IMG/VR virus record: IMGVR_UViG_3300020411_002201
Span: 1-25,285 of that record
DNA from: a virus
Lineage: Duplodnaviria; Caudoviricetes
Reading direction: 5' to 3' (one strand)
Length of the DNA: 25,285 bases
The notes beneath the pieces were generated by a model that saw nothing but the letters and a program-made list of their open reading frames with translations, was not told where the DNA came from and ran no database searches. This document shows positions 16,842-25,285 of this stretch, piece after piece (position 1 is the stretch's first letter; each line of letters opens with the position of its first letter). A program made the translations under genes and the position numbers.

Positions 16842-16853
16842 ATACCTTATACT
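16825..16853 (+). promoter_or_regulatory. Sigma70-type early promoter TTGACA-N17-TATACT with embedded CTAAATA late motif
   Basis: TTGACA 16825-16830, 17-nt spacer, TATACT 16848-16853; CTAAATA at 16838-16844. Confidence 0.8.
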
Positions 16854-16875
16854 GGTTGAGCAATAGGGCAGACTG

Positions 16876-17004
16876 ATGCGACTCAAACGCCATGAAACTC
16901 CTAGAAAGCAAGGACGAAATATTAAGTCTCGTGCTGCGTCTGCTCGTTTGCGCCAACTTAAAAAAAGATCAAAACTATTAATTAAAAAACTTCGTAATGT
17001 ATAA
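16876..17004 (+). CDS. Small highly basic protein, 42 aa
   Basis: MRLKRHETPRKQGRNIKSRAASARLRQLKKRSKLLIKKLRNV; first ORF after the promoter and overlaps the next start. Confidence 0.65.
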   Translation: MRLKRHETPRKQGRNIKSRAASARLRQLKKRSKLLIKKLRNV

Positions 17005-17704
17005 ACTATTCCCAAATATCGTGCATGATATTGAGGTTTATAATTTTCAAGATAGAAAACAAGAACTTCAAGAATATTGTTATACTGAAATGGGTAATGA
17101 CCCAGATGGAAAAATATACAGAACTAATAGGGGTGGATGGCAATCCGATGATACTTATCATTTACATGATAATCCAGTTAGGAGAGCAATTTTAGATAGT
17201 TTGGGATTTTATCTCAATAATAATAGTATTTTTAAACCTAATGTTAATCTATATTTGACAGCTTGTTGGATTAATGTTAATGGTAAAGGGCATTTTAATA
17301 TTCAGCATGATCACCCATCATGTCATATGTCAGGAGCATTGTATGTAAAAGTACCACCTGTTCCAGAAAGATTTCTTGGTGGTGGTTCTACTAATGTATA
17401 CGGTTATTCAACTACTAAAATTCAAGGTGAAGGTGTTATTGGTGGAGAGATATGTTTTTCTAATCAATTAGCATTTAATGCTTGGCAAGAATTGTATAAT
17501 TATACGGATGAATTTAAGGAAAAACACATTCAGTTTGGAGCATATTATATGCCACCCCAAGAAGGTACAATGTTATTTTTCCCTGCACATCTTAGACATC
17601 ATGTAGAACCAAATAAGAGTGATGAGGACAGGATTTCTTGTTCATTTAATTTGGATTTAGTGCAGGATCGTGTTGATGGTGGAGAAACTGGGGATAGTAG
17701 CTAA
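16997..17704 (+). CDS. 2OG-Fe(II) oxygenase, TIGR02466-like
   Basis: TNRGGWQS, WINVN, N..HDHP..HMSGALYV, EG.MLFFPAHLRHHVEPN, DRISCSFN. Confidence 0.88.
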   Translation: MYKLFPNIVHDIEVYNFQDRKQELQEYCYTEMGNDPDGKIYRTNRGGWQSDDTYHLHDNPVRRAILDSLGFYLNNNSIFKPNVNLYLTACWINVNGKGHFNIQHDHPSCHMSGALYVKVPPVPERFLGGGSTNVYGYSTTKIQGEGVIGGEICFSNQLAFNAWQELYNYTDEFKEKHIQFGAYYMPPQEGTMLFFPAHLRHHVEPNKSDEDRISCSFNLDLVQDRVDGGETGDSS

Positions 17705-17735
17705 ATAGCTAAAATACCTATTAATACGATATAAT

Positions 17736-17876
17736 ATGACTGATGATAGAAAAGCGGCTAAAAGACTATTAAAACTTGCAAAAGAACATCCAGACTGGTA
17801 TACTAAGAAAGATGTTTTCTATGCTAAACAAGTTAAGAAATTAACTAAAAAGAAAAAACAAAAACCCACTGATTAA
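17736..17876 (+). CDS. Small basic hypothetical protein, 46 aa
   Basis: MTDDRKAAKRLLKLAKEHPDWYTKKDVFYAKQVKKLTKKKKQKPTD; fills the gap; CTAAATA at 17701-17707 upstream. Confidence 0.7.
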   Translation: MTDDRKAAKRLLKLAKEHPDWYTKKDVFYAKQVKKLTKKKKQKPTD

Positions 17877-17881
17877 TTATT

Positions 17882-18070
17882 ATGGCACTATCTGAACAAG
17901 TAGAAACTGCTTTAAATGAAGCACAAGATAAACTGAGAGAAGCACTAGCTTTTGCAGCAAGAAGTGAAAAACCTTATATCAGTAAGCATATTTCTGATAT
18001 GATGATGAAAATAGATTGTTTAAATGAAGTTTCAACTCTAATTGATAGTGTAGAAGAACATATGAACTAA
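17882..18070 (+). CDS. Hypothetical helical protein, 62 aa
   Basis: ORF coupled to the next gene via TAATG; helical-hairpin-like pattern. Confidence 0.8.
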   Translation: MALSEQVETALNEAQDKLREALAFAARSEKPYISKHISDMMMKIDCLNEVSTLIDSVEEHMN

Positions 18071-18720
18071 TGGATTTTCATCAACCTGTTAAGCGACCTA
18101 CAGATAGATCTGTATTATATCATTTATTTCCAACCCCAGTGTATGCTGCAATGGTTGATAATTTTGAAGGAGTTCAAAAAGAATTAGATGATGTATGTCA
18201 GAAATTAGACTTTACATATAATCCTGATTTCGGACAAACACATAGATTATCTTCTCCTACATTTAAAACAAATGTTATAGGGGAACATAATCTAGTAAAT
18301 TTTTCAGAGCAGGTTCACAATCATATTGATAATTATCTTACTGCTATAGAGTTTGAACAGAGTGGTTATTTTAACCCTGAACATCCTTTAAGGTATGATA
18401 TTGTTAGTTCTTGGATAACTAAATTTGAGAAGAGGGATTATGCACATATCCATAATCATGGACATTGTGATATTTCTGGTGTTTACTATTATAAAGTAGG
18501 TGGTGATAAAGATGAAACTGGGGATTTATTTTTTCAATCTCCTTGCCCATCAATGATCACATCATTTACTTTTAATCATTATGCTTATAAGCAATGTCAG
18601 ATACCTCAAGAAGGTAAATTGTTATTATTTCCAGCATATTTGGATCATGGAGTAGCAACAAATGAGAGTGGATATGATAGAATGAGTTTGTCCTTTAACA
18701 TTTTATTTCAAAATCGATGA
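18070..18720 (+). CDS. 2OG-Fe(II) oxygenase, TIGR02466-like
   Basis: LFPTPVY, SWIT, HIHNH..DISGVYY, GDLFF, EGKLLLFPAYLDHGV..N, RMSLSFN. Confidence 0.88.
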   Translation: MDFHQPVKRPTDRSVLYHLFPTPVYAAMVDNFEGVQKELDDVCQKLDFTYNPDFGQTHRLSSPTFKTNVIGEHNLVNFSEQVHNHIDNYLTAIEFEQSGYFNPEHPLRYDIVSSWITKFEKRDYAHIHNHGHCDISGVYYYKVGGDKDETGDLFFQSPCPSMITSFTFNHYAYKQCQIPQEGKLLLFPAYLDHGVATNESGYDRMSLSFNILFQNR

Positions 18721-18878
18721 TAGATAACGAATCAGATTTAATAGCAGAATTATTGACAATTACTGCTGAACTTAATGGTACTATGAATAGATCTACTACA
18801 TATGCTAGTAGTGGTAGATCTTCTAAGAAGATTATCATTGAATATGATGTACAACATAACAAGAGAAATGAAAATTAA
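18717..18878 (+). CDS. Small hypothetical protein, 53 aa
   Basis: ATGA overlap with the previous stop; MIDNESDLIAELLTITAELNGTMNRSTTYASSGRSSKKIIIEYDVQHNKRNEN. Confidence 0.7.
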   Translation: MIDNESDLIAELLTITAELNGTMNRSTTYASSGRSSKKIIIEYDVQHNKRNEN

Positions 18879-19020
18879 ACTAGGACCAGCAGTCACTAAG
18901 ATTAAGGACTGGGATAAGGCAATGGCAAAGAAAATTCAGGACAAGTTTAACTTAACTGATTATCAAATGCTATGTCTTACTTTCGTTAAAGGTTTTGTTA
19001 TTGGGGCTGTTCTTCTATGA
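18868..19020 (+). CDS. Small protein with C-terminal membrane helix, 50 aa
   Basis: MKIKLGP..KDWDK.MAKKIQDKFNLTDYQMLCLTFVKGFVIGAVLL; start reassigned from 18802; ATGA overlap with pyrE. Confidence 0.7.
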   Translation: MKIKLGPAVTKIKDWDKAMAKKIQDKFNLTDYQMLCLTFVKGFVIGAVLL

Positions 19021-19553
19021 GAGAAGAATTATTAGAGTTATTGAAGAGGGATGCTTATCGTAAAGGTGAGTTTACACTATCTTCTGGTGCATCTAGTAAT
19101 CATTATGTTAACTGTAAGCCAGTTACACTTAATGGTAAAGGATTATTTTATGCTAGTTGCCTCTTACTTGAATGTTTAGAGGAAGATACTTATGCAGTTG
19201 CAGGTTTAACTTTGGGTGCTGATCCATTAGTAAGTGGAGTGGTAACAGTATCAGCAGCAGATGAAGTTGATCTTGATGGTTTAATTATCAGAAAAGAACC
19301 GAAAGGTCATGGGACACAATCACAAATAGAAGGACCAGTATTACCTAAAGGTGCTAAAGTAACAGTACTAGAAGATGTTACAACTACTGGACAATCTGCA
19401 TTGAAAGCAGTGTATGTGTTGCGTGATGCAGGATATGTTGTTGATCGTGTTGTTACTATAGTTGATAGGCAAGATTATGACTGTCGTGCCATTATGGAAC
19501 AAGAAGGATTAGACTTCATTAGTCTATTTACTATTGACGACCTTGCTAAATAG
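19017..19553 (+). CDS. pyrE: Orotate phosphoribosyltransferase
   Basis: GEFTLSSG..S.HYVNCK, AGLTLGADPL, IIRKEPKGHG, PRPP-binding VLEDVTTTGQS, IVDR. Confidence 0.96.
   Translation: MREELLELLKRDAYRKGEFTLSSGASSNHYVNCKPVTLNGKGLFYASCLLLECLEEDTYAVAGLTLGADPLVSGVVTVSAADEVDLDGLIIRKEPKGHGTQSQIEGPVLPKGAKVTVLEDVTTTGQSALKAVYVLRDAGYVVDRVVTIVDRQDYDCRAIMEQEGLDFISLFTIDDLAK
19546..19552 (+). promoter_or_regulatory. Late promoter motif CTAAATA upstream of the structural genes
   Basis: At the pyrE end, 27 nt before the GTG at 19580. Confidence 0.55.
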
Positions 19554-19579
19554 AACTGTAGCAAAACGTATGATTATTC

Positions 19580-20899
19580 GTGGCAACTAAGAAGATATCA
19601 CAGTTAGAGACAATATCAGACTCCAATTTGTCGGGAGAGGCAATTCTTCCTGTTGTTGTTTCTGATCCTTTGATTCCTAATAGGAAGGCAAAGGTCAATC
19701 AGTTAATGAAGGGAGTTAGTCAAGGTACAAAAAATGAACCTGGTTTATGTTTTGACCTTGATAGAGACACTGGATTGTATCAAGATGCATACAATCAGAT
19801 AGGTGTAGCGTTTGGTGATGGTGGATTATATGCCACTCGTCTTGATAATGGTAATGATAGTACTTCATTGTATGTTACAGCAGTTGATGATGTAGCACAG
19901 AATACGGATATAGTTTTTGCTCCAAAGGGTACAGGTTCAGTTAAGATAACAGGACAATTTCTAATTGAAGATTCTTCATTTGTTTTGGAGGATTCTCAAG
20001 GTCCAAAGGTTAGATTTGAGGTAGGTAATGTTGGTACTGGTACTAATACCAGAATTATGACACTTCCTCAAATTACTCAAGGTAATGGTACTACAATCGT
20101 AGGTGACAATACTACTCAAACGTTAACAAATAAAACTCTTCTTATTGATGAGGATAATTTTGTTATTGTTGATGGTACTGAGGAAGCAATCTTTCAGATT
20201 AACTGGCCAACAACGTCAGGAACTAGGAGATCATATTTCTTACCTGATGCTGGTGCAGTAACAACTTCTGGAGAACCTACTGCAACATCTTCTACTCTAC
20301 TTGATACTAAGACGGAACAGACAACTTTAAATAAGACTTTAGTCACTCCGAAAATGGCTGCTAATGCAGATGACGGAACAAGTTGGGTTCAATGGAATAC
20401 TTCAGCATTAAGTGCTAATAGAACTATTTCATGTCCTGACCAAAGTTTAATTTTAGTTGGTACAGAATCAACTCAAACTCTGACTAACAAGACTGTTGGT
20501 GGTTTGATTGTTTCAGATACTACAGATCCTACTAAGAGATTCTTATTTGATATATCAAATAGTAACTCTCTTACTATAGAATCTGTTCAGTTTCCACCTA
20601 CAGGAGCCCTAAATAATGATGGTGATGTCAATACAATAGTAACAGAGTTAGCAGGACAGGATTTAAAGAATAAAACAATCTATAATCCAGTTATTGCTGG
20701 AGCAGGTCTAACAGGACAAGTTACTATTGCAGTAGATAATATAACTTCTACTAGGACTATTAGGTTCCCAGATGCGGATGCAACACTACTTTCTACTGAA
20801 AACGTAACTGTAGATGATGTTAACTTCGGTGCTGGTATTGGTGCTGCCAATTTAACTTCAAGAACAAGACTACAACAATTTTTCTACGCAGGATTTTAA
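19580..20899 (+). CDS. Virion structural / fiber-like protein with TQTLTNKT repeats
   Basis: MATKKISQL N-terminus; PGLCF..D.DTGLY motif; repeated R...P....TL...QTLTNKT units; Thr-rich. Confidence 0.75.
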   Translation: MATKKISQLETISDSNLSGEAILPVVVSDPLIPNRKAKVNQLMKGVSQGTKNEPGLCFDLDRDTGLYQDAYNQIGVAFGDGGLYATRLDNGNDSTSLYVTAVDDVAQNTDIVFAPKGTGSVKITGQFLIEDSSFVLEDSQGPKVRFEVGNVGTGTNTRIMTLPQITQGNGTTIVGDNTTQTLTNKTLLIDEDNFVIVDGTEEAIFQINWPTTSGTRRSYFLPDAGAVTTSGEPTATSSTLLDTKTEQTTLNKTLVTPKMAANADDGTSWVQWNTSALSANRTISCPDQSLILVGTESTQTLTNKTVGGLIVSDTTDPTKRFLFDISNSNSLTIESVQFPPTGALNNDGDVNTIVTELAGQDLKNKTIYNPVIAGAGLTGQVTIAVDNITSTRTIRFPDADATLLSTENVTVDDVNFGAGIGAANLTSRTRLQQFFYAGF

Positions 20900-20908
20900 T
20901 TAATAGCT

Positions 20909-22351
20909 ATGGCTGATCAAGGACTTTTAGCACAATCTAAACCAGGTGCAAATACAAATACTCTTTTGTATTCAGCTCCAGTTGATAAATCTGCAAGTAC
21001 AGTATTGACTGTAGCGAATGATGGAACTGGATCTGCATATAAAGTTGGTATAAAAGATTATGATCAAAAATTAACTCTTGATGCATCAACGTATAGGTTG
21101 CATAAGGGTGATTTGGTCACGGGATATAAGGTAACAGTAAATAATGCGATGGATTCGACTTCTGGTTTTACTGGTGGTAGTTTAATTACAAGTGATGATT
21201 CTGAAAAGACTTTCTACTTTGAATCATTTGCTGTTCCTGATGTAACAACATGGTATGTAAAGACTGCATCAATAAGGCAAGTAACTCTAGAATCTGTAAC
21301 AGGTACTTTTGTTGTAGGTGGAACTCTTTCTACAGGAACTTCACCTGATGACACAACAGCAGTAATTTATGGTGTTGTTGGAACTATTCTTTACATTGGA
21401 CCTTCTACTATTAATGGTAGTGGTGCAGAATTTGCTGATGGTAACTCTGTAAGTTCTGGTGCTGCTTCTGGTACTATTTCAAGTGGTGGTATTGGTACTG
21501 CAAGTAATGATTTTATAATTTCAACTACAACTGCTGGTGGTACATATAGTCTTTTCCTTGGAGATCCTTTAGAAGCATTTACTGATCGTACTTATAAGTT
21601 TGATCTTTCAGATTCTAGTATGACTGGTAGAGATTTTAAAATATCTAGTACTGTCAATGGAATATGGGGTGCTGACGGTGTAATAGGTGGTGGTGATGAT
21701 GGTGTTGAATATACTACTGGTAAGACCAGTGGTGGTACTGCTGGATCGAGTGGTGCATTTATTCAATATGATTGGACAGCAAGTACTGCTCTAACTGTCA
21801 TGTATTTCTATGATGGTGGATCAGGTACTGCTAGTAATGCTGATTATGGTGGTGCTGATCGATCTATCACAATGTCATCACAGTTTACATACACTGATTT
21901 CTTTGTTTATGATGTTTCTGGTACTTGGACTAATGGATCCGATTCATTTACACAAGCAGCAACTACTTTTACAGTAACTGCTCAAACGGTTGCTGCTTAT
22001 GGTTATGTTCGTGATTATACTGGAACTACTCTAAAAGTAATTAAAGGTCTTAATTCTCCAGATTTTGCTGGTAGTGATACTTTTAAGGATGCACCACTTT
22101 TAGAGAATCTCACTAGAAATACTGTTACTGTTAATTCAGTTGATGTAGCAACTACTGCTCTTGAGGATGAAAATTATATTGTTAATGGTGTTACCAATGG
22201 TAATAATGAAGTAGATAGAATCACTTCATTAGTTGTTGGACCAGGTGAGAAATTAATTATTAACAGTACAACTGCAAATAACTCATTTAGTCTTATTGGA
22301 TTTGAGGATGCAAGCACAGCATTTACTGCTAGAGTCTTTGCAACGATCTAA
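20909..22351 (+). CDS. Virion structural protein (beta-rich, Gly/Ser/Thr-rich)
   Basis: Composition, TYKFDLSDSS..G..F..S motif, and position among structural genes. Confidence 0.75.
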   Translation: MADQGLLAQSKPGANTNTLLYSAPVDKSASTVLTVANDGTGSAYKVGIKDYDQKLTLDASTYRLHKGDLVTGYKVTVNNAMDSTSGFTGGSLITSDDSEKTFYFESFAVPDVTTWYVKTASIRQVTLESVTGTFVVGGTLSTGTSPDDTTAVIYGVVGTILYIGPSTINGSGAEFADGNSVSSGAASGTISSGGIGTASNDFIISTTTAGGTYSLFLGDPLEAFTDRTYKFDLSDSSMTGRDFKISSTVNGIWGADGVIGGGDDGVEYTTGKTSGGTAGSSGAFIQYDWTASTALTVMYFYDGGSGTASNADYGGADRSITMSSQFTYTDFFVYDVSGTWTNGSDSFTQAATTFTVTAQTVAAYGYVRDYTGTTLKVIKGLNSPDFAGSDTFKDAPLLENLTRNTVTVNSVDVATTALEDENYIVNGVTNGNNEVDRITSLVVGPGEKLIINSTTANNSFSLIGFEDASTAFTARVFATI

Positions 22352-22357
22352 TAAATA
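22350..22357 (+). promoter_or_regulatory. Late promoter motif AATAAATA
   Basis: Overlaps the previous stop codon; AGGA RBS-like sequence and ATG at 22383 follow. Confidence 0.65.
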
Positions 22358-22382
22358 ACCATATAGGAATAGCGTATACGTA

Positions 22383-25285
22383 ATGTCACTAACTAGGTTA
22401 AAGAATATTATTACGTCCAGAACTGGACGTATTATCTACGTAAACCCTGACGATTTCGATGCATCTGATGCTATTGATAACAGGGGTAACTCGGCATTAC
22501 GTCCGTTTAAGAGTTTGCAACGTGCTTTCCTTGAGGTGGCACGATTTTCATATAGAGTCGGTTTAAGTAATGACGAATTTGATGCATTTTCAATTTACTT
22601 ATATCCAGCAGTATATGAAATAGATAATAGACCAGGAGATATTCTTTATACAAACGTTGCACCTATTGATGAAAACTCTAACCTAGATTTAACTTCTCCT
22701 AATAATGTACTCTACAAATATAATTCAATCGAAGGTGGTGTTATTGTACCCAGAGGTTGTTCTGTAGTTGGTAGTGATCTTAGAAGAACTAAAATAATTC
22801 CAAAGTATGTTCCTTATCCTACAACATACGCTGCTAAAGGTATAAACACAGAAGCACAAGTACCAGCAAGAACTGCAATCTTCAAAGTAACTGGTGGTAC
22901 TTACTTCTGGCAATTCTCATTCTTTGATGGTGCAGAAGAAGGTGTATATTTCAAACCTGATAGTGTAGAAACATTACCACCTAAGTTTTCACATCATAGA
23001 CTAACATGTTTTGAGTTTGCTGATGGTTTGAATACACTATCACAACTTATTGCTGAAGGAACTGTTCCTAATGCAGATTACTCTGCTGTTCCAAATATTC
23101 TAGACAGAACAGACCTAGACATATATTATCAGAAGATATCTAAAGCATTTGCTACAATTCCTGATACATCTGGTGATCCTTCAACTGACCAAATTCAGGC
23201 AAGGGTTGAGGAAAACAGAATTGTTGGTCCAATTTCTGATGAATATAAAGTATTACAAATAACAAGAAACGGTCAGACTGCTACTGCTGTTACTGTTGAT
23301 GAATTTGATAACCCAAGAGATCATGGATTCTCTGTTGGTGTTAACATTAATATTTCTGGAGTTACAGGTTCAACTGGACCACAATCAGAATTAGACTCTG
23401 GAATATATAATGGTTCATTTACTGTAACATCTGCATCTGGTAACGTATTCACTTATCAAATGGCAGCAGAACCTTCAGGTAATGCTGTTGGTTCAAACGT
23501 AACAGTTAAGACTGAGATTGATACAGTTGACTCAGCGTCACCTTATGCCTTTAACCTATCACTAAGATCAGTGTGGGGTATGAATGGTATGCATGCTGAT
23601 GGTGCTAAGGCAACTGGTTTCAAATCAATGGTTGTGGCACAGTTCACTGGACTATCACTACAAAAAGACGACAGAGCATTTGTAAGATATAACGCATCAA
23701 CTGGTAACTATGATGTAGCAACATCTGGAGATGGTGCTCATTTAGATGGTTATGCAGAATATAGAAAGGATTGGGGTCATAGACACATTGTTGCATCTAA
23801 TGACGCATTTATTCAGGCGGTCTCGGTGTTCGCTGTTGGATACTATGCTCACTTCTCTGCTATTAATGGTGCTGACATGTCAATCACCAACAGTAACAGT
23901 AACTTCGGTAACACTGCATTAAGATCTGCTGGATTTAAACGAAAAGCATTCTCTAAAGATAAAGCAGGTGCATTAACTCATGTTATACCACCTAAAGCAC
24001 TTAATGTTATATCAACTACTGCTAATGGTGCTAATGGTGCAACTACAATAACACTTGCTAATGATGGTTCTGTTAATGGATTAGTTCAAGGAATGTTAGC
24101 TCATGGTGAGGGTATTGCTACTGGTGCAACTGTTGGAAGTTTTAATACTAATACTAGAGTAGTTACTTTAAGTGCTCCTAATAGTGATGCTGTTAGTGGT
24201 AATGTTATTTTTGGTGAAGAAACTACTGCTAACTGGACAAACATTGATATTAGAAGAACTAAAACTATTAACTCTGCATTAGCAGGGCAAGGTGGTACTC
24301 CAGGAACTAGATTATATCTCTATGGTTATACTGTAGAAGCATCACCACCAACAACAAGAGTACAGGGTTATACAATCGGTGCTAGACAAGATGGTACTGG
24401 TCTTAGTGCAGTAGCAGATAAAATTAATTGCTTACTTGTTGCTAATGGTGCAAACGAAGCAACAGTTCATTCTGCATCTATAGCACCTTATGGACCTAGT
24501 GTTTCTGGTGTAGGTGCTGGTAATCCTGGATCTCCAATACAATATGATAATCAAACATATACTATAGGTGGTGCACCAGATACAGTTGGTGGTTGGTATC
24601 TTTCTGTAGATTCTGTTAATAACATGATCTATGATACATTATCAGCTAATGCAACATATAATACTGTTAACTTTACACCAACGACATTCCTTAAGAGAAT
24701 ACCTGATCCAAGAGATTTACAAGATAGAACATATAGATTCCGTTATGTAATTGATAAGGATAAGACTAATCCATTACCAAGAGATCCTCTATCTGGTTAT
24801 GTATTACAACCATTGAATAGTGATACTACATCATATTCATTATCTAAGTGTTATTACATTTATGATATTGAAGTTGTACAACCATTTGTTCGAGGTGTTG
24901 ATGATGGTATCTATTACCTAACATTATTATGTGCATCTATTGCACCTTCAACTTCTAACTTTAATGATAGATTCTTCTCTCAGAATGTTAACGAAGTATA
25001 TCCTACATTTGACAGAGATAATCCACTTGCTGATCCAGAACCTGCTATATCTGTTGCTGATAACCAAATTATTGGTTTAGTTAATGCAACTGATGGTGCA
25101 ACTCCAACTCCTAATTTAGATCCTCAAAGAAGTATTACTAAAGAAGCAACGGAGTTCTTACTAGCAGACACAGGTTGGACACAACCAGGTACTACACCTA
25201 ACTTTGACTCAGTTAATGGTAGATTATCTAACGTTGAATTAACTGCTCGTGCTGGTGATGAGGAAGTAAGAAAGATTAAGATAAG
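22383..25285 (+). CDS. Large virion structural / tail-fiber-like protein with a pectin-lyase-like N-terminus (partial, >967 aa, not in ORF track)
   Basis: MSLTRLKNII..GRIIYVNPDDFDASDAIDNRGNSALRPFKSLQRAFLEVARFSY, GGVIVPRGCSVVGSDLRRTKI, SASPYAFNLSLRSVWGMNGMHADG; appears open to the window end, though not checked codon by codon. Confidence 0.85.
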   Translation, partial: MSLTRLKNIITSRTGRIIYVNPDDFDASDAIDNRGNSALRPFKSLQRAFLEVARFSYRVGLSNDEFDAFSIYLYPAVYEIDNRPGDILYTNVAPIDENSNLDLTSPNNVLYKYNSIEGGVIVPRGCSVVGSDLRRTKIIPKYVPYPTTYAAKGINTEAQVPARTAIFKVTGGTYFWQFSFFDGAEEGVYFKPDSVETLPPKFSHHRLTCFEFADGLNTLSQLIAEGTVPNADYSAVPNILDRTDLDIYYQKISKAFATIPDTSGDPSTDQIQARVEENRIVGPISDEYKVLQITRNGQTATAVTVDEFDNPRDHGFSVGVNINISGVTGSTGPQSELDSGIYNGSFTVTSASGNVFTYQMAAEPSGNAVGSNVTVKTEIDTVDSASPYAFNLSLRSVWGMNGMHADGAKATGFKSMVVAQFTGLSLQKDDRAFVRYNASTGNYDVATSGDGAHLDGYAEYRKDWGHRHIVASNDAFIQAVSVFAVGYYAHFSAINGADMSITNSNSNFGNTALRSAGFKRKAFSKDKAGALTHVIPPKALNVISTTANGANGATTITLANDGSVNGLVQGMLAHGEGIATGATVGSFNTNTRVVTLSAPNSDAVSGNVIFGEETTANWTNIDIRRTKTINSALAGQGGTPGTRLYLYGYTVEASPPTTRVQGYTIGARQDGTGLSAVADKINCLLVANGANEATVHSASIAPYGPSVSGVGAGNPGSPIQYDNQTYTIGGAPDTVGGWYLSVDSVNNMIYDTLSANATYNTVNFTPTTFLKRIPDPRDLQDRTYRFRYVIDKDKTNPLPRDPLSGYVLQPLNSDTTSYSLSKCYYIYDIEVVQPFVRGVDDGIYYLTLLCASIAPSTSNFNDRFFSQNVNEVYPTFDRDNPLADPEPAISVADNQIIGLVNATDGATPTPNLDPQRSITKEATEFLLADTGWTQPGTTPNFDSVNGRLSNVELTARAGDEEVRKIKI

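Noticed and set aside
18802-18867. N-terminal part of the 72-aa track ORF
   Set aside because: Overlaps a better ORF at 18717-18878; the start at 18868 fits the gene packing
1-25285. tRNA/rRNA genes, introns, inteins, integrases
   Set aside because: None recognised by eye; intergenic gaps are short and core genes look uninterrupted (no covariance search was run)

Overview
An AT-rich segment of a T4-like cyanomyophage genome (Kyanoviridae type, probable Prochlorococcus/Synechococcus host), judged from gene content and order. It carries the baseplate/tail module: gp53 and gp48 on the minus strand, then gp4, a gp54/gp19-like tube-fold protein, gp26, gp51, two tandem paralogous tape-measure-like proteins (the second with a SleB-type hydrolase domain), a gp27-like hub and gp5. 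Auxiliary genes are interleaved (cp12, a cpeT-like lyase, pyrE, three 2OG-Fe(II) oxygenase-family genes, several small ORFs). The window ends in virion/fiber genes, the last running off the edge. T4-type late promoter motifs (TAAATA) precede most units, and there is one near-consensus sigma70 promoter. The most notable signal is an apparent programmed -1 frameshift (T TTT TTC at 5278-5284) that would fuse gp26 to the gp51 frame just upstream of the tape-measure genes, the same layout as lambda G/GT. Other leads are an orphan Phd/YefM-like protein, a 2OG oxygenase lacking its iron ligands, and duplicated KKPWWKFWGG motifs. All calls come from reading motifs by eye and recalled family knowledge; no searches were run.
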